Source: Phallusia mammillata (Eukaryota). From it: 64,000 nt of DNA. A program made the translations under genes and the position numbers. Shown one piece after another: positions 53,634 through 63,397 of the stretch; positions within the stretch are counted from its first letter, which is position 1, and each line of letters starts with the position of its first letter. Below the pieces are notes generated by a model. It made no database searches and was not told where the DNA came from. It saw nothing but the letters and a program-made list of their open reading frames with translations. The DNA lies in the NCBI GenBank assembly GCA_965637545.1, contig OZ281499.1:4464001-4528000 (forward strand), in the 5' to 3' direction.

Positions 53634-53785
53634 TTGGTGATCAAGATTCTGTAGGTTAACCAGGTTTAATAGATTGTCACGAGACATTTCAAGACGATCC
53701 AGAGAAAATTTGCACATTTTCAAATCAAAGAAGAAGGTTTTTTGCAATTGTCCAATATTACTAAATTAAGATCGGTACTCTTAAC
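53634..53785 (+). pseudogene. Highly decayed 5' exon fragment
   Basis: ggtgatcaagattctgtag...gagacatttcaagacgat...caatattactaaattaagatcggt aligns by eye to roughly codons 18-70 of the family. Confidence 0.55.
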
Positions 53786-54047
53786 AAAAATAGCTTTTAC
53801 CAGCTTAAGTAAGCTGAAATCTGTCAGCAATACAAACACACTGTTTTGTAAAGTAGTTGGCTTTTCAATCCAACCCAGGATTGTCGCGTTTTGGGACATT
53901 GATTAACCTACCAAATGTAACTTGAAGTTTATAGTCAAAATAGTTCATTATTTGACAGCCTTAAATCACACCAAACGTTTAAGTTTAGGGTAAGTGAAAT
54001 CCAAAATTTGTAGACATTACCTAATCAAACCACACTGACACGTAAAA

Positions 54048-55352
54048 ATGAGTTTATCATTTGAAGAAGTCCTTGACCTGCTAAGCATCACTGTTGAAGT
54101 AGACGACAACGATTTTCCGAAAATTCAGGAGATGCCCAACTTTGAGGGACAATTTAGGCAGTTTCTGGAAGGAAAACTACAGCACTACCTAAAAAAAGGA
54201 AAAGTGACACAACTTTTCAATTTTGAATATTACAAAATTGAAATTGGCGAGTTAAACGGAAAACAAATTCTTCGAATGTTGATATCACTAACAAACAACG
54301 AGGAGTTGATGAAAGACGGAAATTGTTTCGTGTGCTGTGTAAACGATGTCGGAGAAAATTCAGTTATTGTATTCTCAAAATATTGCATTGAATCAAGAGG
54401 TGCCGTTGCAGAGAACGAAGAAGAGCGAGGAAACTGGTCTAAGGCATTTGATGAAAAAGCATGCATCCTACAACGCAGAAATCCAAGATATCTTGGTTTA
54501 GACAAACAAACAATCAAACAGTTTTGTTCAACTTTATCAAAGCAATACAACAGCTTTTTGTCAACAAAAATGGCGGATTTGCAACCACAATATCGTCGGT
54601 TGTTTTTCGGAGTTGTGTTCGAAATTGCAAAGTGCTATATCAGACATTGGGATGCTTACAAACATTTAAAAACCTTTCCAACTGCTTCTCTTATCAAGTT
54701 GGCAATTGATAATGGATGTAGTGGAAAGTTGCAGGCTGTTTTTAACGAACATGATATCATGAAAGATTTGTTTAAAGAAATCAGCAAACAGCTTAGTGAA
54801 GAAGAAAGACTTTCTGTCTACCATGCTCGTAAAGATGAACTACGAAAAGAAGGAGCAAAGTTAATTATTGACAAGTAAGTTTGTTACCTTCTGTTGCAAA
54901 AAGTCACAATTAGTAAAATGCTAACTCTGCAAATCGGCTGTAACAGCATAAAGGTAACTGACACACACGTTAGGTTAAAAAATGACGTTAGAATGTAGCA
55001 TTTTTTACATGAGACATATTGAGATTAGAGGCCCAATCATTTGTTATCGCGCGGTGTTTTCGTTGCGTTGTGACGTGCTTGCGGTTCCTTCCTTTTCCCT
55101 TTTTTTATCGTGCACTGTACTAGTCGCATTCAGTGTTATTTACCCTGATGAATACGACCTGTATAGGACGTCGAAACGTCGGAATAAAATTACATTTGCC
55201 AGAAGAGCTCTACAAACTTGATGAGACATATTGTTTTCGCAAACGAACATTTCCTTTCTCGTTTCAGAATTTTCCCACCAACTGCTGAAGGAAAGTACGA
55301 TAAAAGTAAAGTAACAAAAGTTGCTGATGAGATGAAATCATTTTACTTGTGA
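54048..55352 (+). CDS. Array copy 21, intact, most divergent head, tail B; exons 54048-54874 + 55268-55352; 303 aa
   Basis: Donor 54875, acceptor TTTCAG 55267; intron carries the hammerhead-bearing insertion. Confidence 0.88.
55022..55220 (+). mobile_element. 199-bp Penelope-like / retrozyme-like non-autonomous insertion with 13-bp TSD
   Basis: Flanked by atgagacatattg at 55009-55021 and 55221-55233; empty site present once in paralogous B introns (e.g. ~4765-4777); contains hammerhead core. Confidence 0.8.
55136..55187 (+). ncRNA. Minimal type I hammerhead ribozyme motif
   Basis: CTGATGA 55145-55151, stem II acg-a-cct/gtat/agg-a-cgt, GAAA 55173-55176, ACGT palindrome with GUC site ending 55180, stem I ttatt(ta)cc / ggaataa. 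Confidence 0.75.
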
Positions 55353-55720
55353 AAACAAGATGCCCAAGAACGTATATTGATGTTTTTCGATTAATTCTGT
55401 TCCTAAATGTGTAAATCTGTAAATAAATAATGTATAGCAATTGTCAGTCTATTGGGGGAAGCAAGTTACAATTGTCCGGAATTTCGACGTAACATCTGTG
55501 CTGAGTATTAATCCTAACCCGAGAACATGTTACGCAATGTTTACTTGCATAGGCAGCAAAACCAAACGATTTTCCCCTCCAAAGGTTTTATTGCATCAAA
55601 AATGATATAGTCTTAAAGATGGTATGCAACCATGCGAGAAAGTAGTTGAAACAATTCATAAACTTCATGCATTTAGCGTACATTGTGTGGAATACGAGAC
55701 GAAATAAATCAGAGCCGCAA

Positions 55721-55787
55721 GGGAATTCCCCCTTAATGTGAGAAAGGTTTCTTTGTGTTTCTTTGTTCAAGCATCGATGTGACGTCA
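55721..55787 (+). promoter_or_regulatory. kB + CRE module (sisters 57896-57962, 62424-62490)
   Basis: GGGAATTCCC 55721-55730; TGACGTCA 55780-55787. Confidence 0.55.
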
Positions 55788-56375
55788 CACTTACAGGACG
55801 CACTACCGTATGGCGAAACCAAGCGACACAAAACCAATGCATGGTTTTGATTGATGTTGGGTTGTGTGTCGAATGTTGTGCATTACCTACCACCTACACA
55901 CCCACCCTTTACCCCCCAGGCTATCTAAATTTTAAAGGAATCGTACAATTTATAGACTAAGCCACTACAAAGCGTCACTTACTGAGTTTCATCTTGTAGC
56001 CCTACCTGTTTACCCGCTAACATTCTAAAGTAGAATAAGCATTTAATAATGTATGATTTTATTGAGATTTGCACCCCTTATAGCTTGTTTATTTAAGCAG
56101 AATATTAATTCTGCTAAATAGCCGTGTTTCACTTTATAATAAGCCATACAGTTTATGCAATAGCAGCATATGCTAAGCCACCTTTCTATTTTTTGAAACC
56201 ATTACGCAAGTGTGGTGATCGTGTTACAAAGATGCTACCTGTACCACCAGTTTCTGTCAAGCGAAACTGAAGTTACTTTTATAATTGTCTTTTATGATTA
56301 AAAGCAGTTGAATAAATTCTACCTTTAAGTACAGTACCAAAATTTGAAAACAGGCAAAAAGAGTTAAGTTCGAGA

Positions 56376-57492
56376 ATGAGTTTGTCGTTTCAAAACGTGC
56401 TTGATTTGTTAAACATAACAATTGAAGTTTGTGATCAAGATTCTATAGATCAACAAAGATTTTCAGATTTTAACGGAGCATTTCGAGAATATCTTAAGGA
56501 AAAAGTTTTGTACTTTCAAAACGAGGGAAGAAAGATTTCTTTTGAAAATTTACAATATTACAAAATTGAGATTGCTGATCTGAATGGAAAACAAGTTCTT
56601 CGAATGTTGATATCACTTTTAAACAACAAAGAGTTGATAAAAGATGAAAATTGCTTCGTGTTTCTTACCAACAACGAACCAGATACTGCAATGACTGTGC
56701 TTTGCAGATATTGGATTGAGCTACGAGGCACTTTGACTGAAACGGATAAAGAAAAAGGAAATTGGTTTAAAGCTTTTGATGACAAATTATGTCAGAAAAG
56801 GCAAAATAACCCACGTTATATTGGCTTGGATGACAAAACTATTAAAAAGCTTCGTTCCACTTTGCCAGAGGAATATATAAAATACATGGAGCAAAACATG
56901 GCCGATCTGCAACCGAAATATCGTCGATTGTTTTTTGGAATTGTATTCGAAATAGCAAAGTGTCACGTGAAAAATTGGCTGGTCTACGAACACTTAAAGG
57001 ACTTTCCTAGGTCGTCTCTAATTAAATTAGCGATTGATAATGGATGTAGTGGAAAGTTGCAGGCCGTGTTTAACGACCATGATATCATAAAAGGTTTGTT
57101 TAAAGAAATCAGTCAACAGCTTAGTGAAAAAGAAAGACTTTCTGTCTACCATGCTCGTAAAGATGAACTACGAAAACAAGGAGCAAAGTTAATTATTGAC
57201 AAGTAAGTTTGCTACCTTCTGTTGGAAAATGTCACCATTAGTAAAATGCTAGCAATGCAAATCGGGTGCAACGGCATAAAGGTAACTGGCGCACACGTTA
57301 AGTGCAAAAATGGCTTTAAAACGTACCTTTTTTTCATTGTTTTTTTAATATATTACCAACGTGAGACATATAGTTTTCGCCAAAGCAAATTCCCTTTCTC
57401 GTTTCAGAATTTTCCCACCAACTGCTGAAGGAAAGTACGATAAAAGTGAAATAACGAAAGTTGCTGATCAGATGAGATCATTTTACTTGTAA
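56376..57492 (+). CDS. Array copy 22, intact, tail B; exons 56376-57202 + 57408-57492; 303 aa
   Basis: Donor 57203, acceptor 57407. Confidence 0.9.
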
Positions 57493-58522
57493 AAACTTTT
57501 GCAGAAAATGTCAAGAAGCCCGAGAACGTATATTGATCTTGTACGATTCATTTTGTTCTTAAATGAGGAAATCTGTAAATAATAAATGTATAGCAATTGT
57601 CAGTCTATTGGCGTCAAGCAAGTTACAATTGTCCAGAATTTCGACATAAAATCTGTGTTGAGTATTAATCCTAAACCGAAGAGATGTTACACAATATTTA
57701 GTTACAAAAACAGCAAAACCAAATTTGATGAACGTTAGCTTACGATTTTACCCTTTAATGATTTTATGGCATCAAAAAACATATAGTCCTAAAATGATAT
57801 GCAACCATGTGAGAAAGTAATTCAAACAATGTATAAACGGTGAGCATTTCGCGTACATCGTGTTGAGTACGAGACGAAACGAACCAGAACAGCAAGGGAA
57901 TTCCCCCTTAACGTGAGAAAGGTTTTCTTGCGTTTTGTCGTTCACGCTTGGATGTGACGTCACACTTACCGGACGCACTGCTGTGTGGCGACACCAAGCG
58001 ACACAAACGTTTTTCACCCCGTACAGTATGAATATTTAAGCAGAATATACATCACCGTATTTCACTTTACATCACAATATCTTCAGTGAATGTACAATTT
58101 GTTTCACGATAGTCCGCTGTGTATGTACAATAGCAATTTATGCTAAGCCACATTGCTAGTTATTTTGGAAATCATTGTGGCGATCGCATGGCATAAGTTT
58201 AAATCTACCTGTGCCATTAGTTTCTGCCAAGAGAAACTGAAGTTACTTGTTTGATTTTCACCTCTGTTCCAAAGGTCATTTACAAAATGACTGGTGTTAA
58301 CAATACGCCGTTACGCAATTGATATTTGTTCGAAATCAAAACGTGCAAACGATATTTGATACGTGAAAAGTAAGTTACGGTGTTGGTTTGTGTGCTCAAC
58401 CTTAGAAACTGTGGAGAAGGAACACATTGTGAAAGTGAGGTGTCATTCCAAGCAATTGAAAAAATTCAAACTTTATTACAGTACCAAAATCTGGAAACAG
58501 ACAAAAAGAGTTAAGTTCGAGA

Positions 58523-59511
58523 ATGAGTTTGTCGTTTCAAAACGTGCTTGATTTGTTAAACATAACAATTGAAGTTTGTGATCAAGATTTTATAGACCCA
58601 CAAAGATTTTCAGATTTTAAAGGAGCATTTCGAGAATATCTTCAGGGAAGAGTTTTATACTTTCGAAGCGAGGGAAGAGAGATTTCTTTTGAAAAATTAC
58701 AATTTTACAAACTTGAGATTGGTGATCTTAATGGAAAACAAGTTCTTCGAAGGTTGATAACACTTACAAACAACGAAGAGTTGATAAAAGATGGAAATTG
58801 ATTTGTGTTTCTTACCAACAACGAACCAGAAATTGCCCTGACTGTGCTTTGCAGATATTGGATTGAGCTACGAACCGTTTTGGCTAAGTCCGATCCAGAT
58901 AAGGGCAGTTGGCCAAGAGCTTTTGATGACAAAACATGCCAGGAGAAGCTGAACGACTTACGTTATATTGGGTTGGATGACAAAACTATTAAAGAGTTTC
59001 GTTCAACTTTGCCTGAGGAATATTCAAAATACATGGAGCAAAACATGGCCGATTTGCAACCAAAATATCGTCGATTGTTTTTTGGAATTGCATTCGAAAT
59101 AGCAAAGTGTCACGTGAAACATTGGCTGGTTTACGAACACTTGAAGGACTTTCCCAGGTCGTCTCTCATTAAGTTAGCGATTGATAACGGATGCAGTGGA
59201 AAGTTGCAGGCGGTGTTTAACCACCATTTTTTACATGTTTCTTTTATTCGTAAAACAACTACCGATAGACAGGAACAAATTACTAAAATTCAACAACAGA
59301 AAGCCGAATGGCGCAGAGAAGGAGCAAAAGAGATTATTGTTTGGTAAGTCAATCTTTTATACACAGCAAAATAGAAAATTAACCCCAATAGTTGATTATT
59401 TCTGTAACTAGTTTTGTCTGCCATAGGATTTTTCCACCCAATGCTGAAGGAAAATACGATGGTGAAGAAGTAAAAAAGGCTGCTGACAAGATAAAGAGAT
59501 TTTACGAATAG
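58523..59511 (+). pseudogene. Array copy 23, tail C, nonsense TGC>TGA at 58799-58801; last exon 59427-59511
   Basis: ORFs 58523-58801 and 58805-59347 in the same frame; splice sites intact. Confidence 0.8.
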
Positions 59512-60203
59512 ACCACGAGTTTAAACCAATATGAGTTGAACTGTAGCGAAAAGACATGAGCATCGTGTATGTAACTAGCGAAAAAAACAACACTTAAACA
59601 CAAAATTAAAAACACAAATTTTTAGATATTCAAGGCCAAAGCGATTTACCATCAAAATGTGTGTGACAGAATCCGTTTGTGCGTTTGATCTTTGCAATGA
59701 CCCGTGTATTTCAGCTGTAAACTTTCACTCCTCTTTCCAGCCTTTCTTCGTTTGCTGACCATTAGTTCGCCACTTTGTTTATTTCATTTTTTGCCCTCTT
59801 TGTTGAATAAGTTTAATTACTGGTTCTAATTAGTCTTGTAGTTGTGTGTATGTACGTCCGTACGTGTGAGAAAATAAACAGAACTTGCATTGTAAATAGG
59901 CTTGTCGTTCAGGGCAAATAAAACACGCCTTTGTATAAATAAAACGTCAGTGTAAATCTCTGCTAAAGGGAACCAGTTGGAAAAGGAAAGTAGAACTTTT
60001 TGATTGAAGCAACAATAAATTACGACAAACATGTAAAGAACGAAAAAAACTTCGCGTCAGAACACTGGCTTCCATTTTAACCAAAGGAAAAACAAACCTT
60101 CAGTAAGAGTAAGATTTTTATGTGGTTGGGTTGTCACGCACGATTGTGACGTCATGCACACCAGTGTGACTGGTGTATGACGTCATGTATAACATATTTT
60201 CAG

Positions 60204-60643
60204 TAGTGATGGGACGAAACCAGGTTTTGAAGCGCGTACCGATACCGAGTACGAATACCACATGTATATACCTTCGATACCGAGTACTTAAGTACAGTGT
60301 TGTACTTAGTTGTATATCACTGGCTAGTTTATCTGCCATGACCGGGGTACAGGCATGTACACACACATGCAGAAAAATGTAATTTCCATAATTCTCCATC
60401 CATACGATTGCAAAAGAAAGTCGGTAACCTGGCGGAACTTTTCCCGATTTTGTGTTGTCCGAGGCAAATATTGGCATAAAGTTGCCCGTATTCTTATGAT
60501 GTAAATCGGCCTTAGGTACTCACACGTTGGTATCAAAAACTGAAACAAAATATTTCGATACCGAGTACGAGTATCGATACCACTAAAATCGTTCGATACC
60601 GTCGATACCGAGTACCGAGTACCGGGTACCCGTCCCATCACTA
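60204..60643. mobile_element. Second copy of the same MITE at the homologous site
   Basis: TIRs tagtgatgggacg / cgtcccatcacta; same right flank gttacaag, left TSD deleted; copied with the segment. Confidence 0.85.
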
Positions 60644-60923
60644 GTTACAAGGGTCACAAATGCGATCATTTTCAGCATGACTGATGTTAACAGTGCGCAG
60701 CTGTATGCTTGGCATTTGTCCCTGACGATAACAAAAAACGACGTTGACGCTACGTGATGCGTGACGCGACAGTTTCGGTGTTGTTTTGTGCGCTTGAACC
60801 TTGGCACCTCTGGATATGGAACTCATTATAAATGTGAGGTATCATAAAAAATCACTTAAATAAATTCGAACTTTAAAGACAGTACAAACATTTGGAAACG
60901 GAGAAGAGAGTTAAGATTGCAGA

Positions 60924-62037
60924 ATGAGTTTGTCGTTTGAAAACGTGCTTGATTTATTAAACATAACCATTAAAGTTGGTGATCAAGATTCTGTCAGTCC
61001 ACAAAGATTTTCAGATTTTAAAGGAACATTTCGAGACCATCTTGAAAGAAGAATGTCGTACTTTCAAAGTCAGGGACGTACGTTTTCATTTGAAAACTTA
61101 CAATATTACAAAATTGGGATTGGTGATTTGAATGGAAAACAACTTTTTCGAATGTTGATATCACTCACAAACAACGAAGAGTTGATGAAACCTGGAAACT
61201 GCTTCGTGTTTCTTGTCAACAACGAACCAGATACTTCACTGACTGTGTTTCACAGTTATTGGTTTGAACCACGAGCTACTTCTGGATCGGATAATGATAG
61301 AGGAAATTGGACTCGAGCCTTTGATGACAAAACACGACAGGAGAGGCAGAAATATCCTTTTTCCTTTGGATATGACAACCAGGCCATCAAAGAGTTTCGC
61401 TCCACATTATCTGAGCAATATGTGAATTATATGAAGCAAAAAATTGCCAATATAAAACCAAAATATCGCCGGTTGTTTTTCGGAGTTGTGTTTGAAATTG
61501 CAAAGTGTCATGTGAGGTATTGGGAAGTTTACAAACATTTGAAAAACTTTCCAACGGCTTCCCTTATCAAATTGGCAATTGATAATGGATGTAGTGGAAA
61601 GTTGCAGGCCGTGTTTAACGACCATGATATCATAAAAGGTTTGTTTAAAGAAATCAGTCAACAGCTTAGTGAAAAAGAAAGACTTTCTGTCTACCATGCT
61701 CGTAAAGATGAACTACGAAAACAAGGAGCAAAGTTAATTATTGACAAGTAAGTTTGCTACCTTCTGTTGGAAAATGTCACCATTAGTAAAATGCTAGCAA
61801 TGCAAATCGGGTGCAACGGCATAAAGGTAACTGGCGCACACGTTAAGTGCAAAAATGGCTTTAAAACGTACCTTTTTTTCATTGTTTTTTTTATATATTA
61901 CCAACGTGAGACATATAGTTTTCGCAAAAGCAAATTCCCTTTCTCATTTCAGAATTTTCCCACCAACTGCTGAAGGAAAGTACGATAAAAGTGAAGTAAG
62001 GAAAGTTGCTGATCAGATGAGATCATTTTACGTGTAA
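60924..62037 (+). CDS. Array copy 24, intact, tail B; exons 60924-61747 + 61953-62037; 302 aa
   Basis: Donor 61748, acceptor 61952. Confidence 0.9.
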
Positions 62038-62734
62038 AAACTTTTGCAGAAAATGTCAAGAAGCCCGAGAACGTATATTGATCTTGTACGATTCATTTTG
62101 TTCTTAAATGAGGAAATCTGTAAATAAATAATGTATAGCAATTGTCAGTCTATTGGCGTCAAGCAAGTTACAATTGTCCAGAATTTCGACATAAAATCTG
62201 TGTTGAGTATTAATCCTAAACCGAAGAGATGTTACACAATATTTAGTTACAAAAACAGCCAAACCAAATTTGATGAACGTTAAGTTACGATTTTACCCTT
62301 TAATGATTTTATGGCATCAAAAAACATATAGTCCTAAAATGATATGCAACCATGTGAGAAAGTAATTCAAACAATTTATAAACGGTGAGCATTTCGCCAG
62401 TACGAGACGAACCAGAACATCAAGGGAATTCCCCCTTAACGTGAGAAAGGTTTTCTTGCGTTTTGTCGTTCACGCTTGGATGTGACGTCACACTTACCGG
62501 ACGCACTGCTGTGTGGCGACACCAAGCGACACAAACGTTTTTCACCCCATATAGTATGAATATTTAAGCAGAATATACATCACCGTATTTCACTTTACAT
62601 CACAATATCTTCAGTGAATGTACAATTTGTTTCACGATAGTCCGCTGTGTATGTACAATAGCAACTTATGCTAAGCCACATCGCTAGTTATTTTGGAAAT
62701 CATTGTGGCGATCGCATGGCATAAGTTTAAATCT

Positions 62735-63397
62735 GCTTTACGGATATTGGATTGAACTACGGACCGTTTTGGCTGTCGGATGAAGATAAGGGTAGTTGGC
62801 CAAGAGCTTTCGATGACAAAACATGCCAGGAGAAACTGAACGACTCACGTTACATTGGGTTGGATGACAAAACTATTAAAGAATTTCGTTCCACTTTGCC
62901 TGAGCAATAATCACAATACATGGAGAAAAACATGGCCGATCTGCAACCAAAATATCGTCGATTGTTTTTTGGAATTGCATTTGAAATAGCAAAGTGTCAC
63001 GTGAAAAGTTGGCTGGTCGACGAACACTTGAAAGACTTTCCTAGGTCGTCTCTAATTAAATTAGCGATTGATAACGGATGTAGTGGAAAGTTGCAGGCAG
63101 TTTTTAACCACCATTTTTTGGATATTACTTTTATTTATGAAGAAACTACCGATAGACAGGAACAAGTTACTAAAATTCAACAACAGAAAGCCGAATGGCG
63201 CAGAGAAGGAGCAAAAGAGATTATTGATTGGTAAGTCAAACTTTTACAAAAAGTAAAAATGTTATAAACACCAATGGTCTATTATTTCTGAAACTCGTTC
63301 TGTCTTTTATAGGATTTTTCCACCAAACGCTGAAGGTAAATACGATGGTGAAGAAGTGAAAAAGGCTGCAGACATGATAAAGAGATTTTATGAATAG
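62735..63397 (+). pseudogene. Array copy 25, tail C, 5'-deleted (first ~105 codons and proximal promoter) with internal TAA; last exon 63313-63397
   Basis: Promoter sequence tttaaatct joins directly to gctttacggatattgg (mid-exon); TAA at ~62907. Confidence 0.85.

Noticed and set aside
898-61697. Numerous 60-130 aa minus-strand and alternate-frame ORFs overlapping the genes, some repeated (e.g. MYTQRQNS.. at 1970, 28706, 49045)
   Set aside because: Shadow frames of the duplicated coding exons and introns; their recurrence follows from duplication, and many start at non-ATG codons
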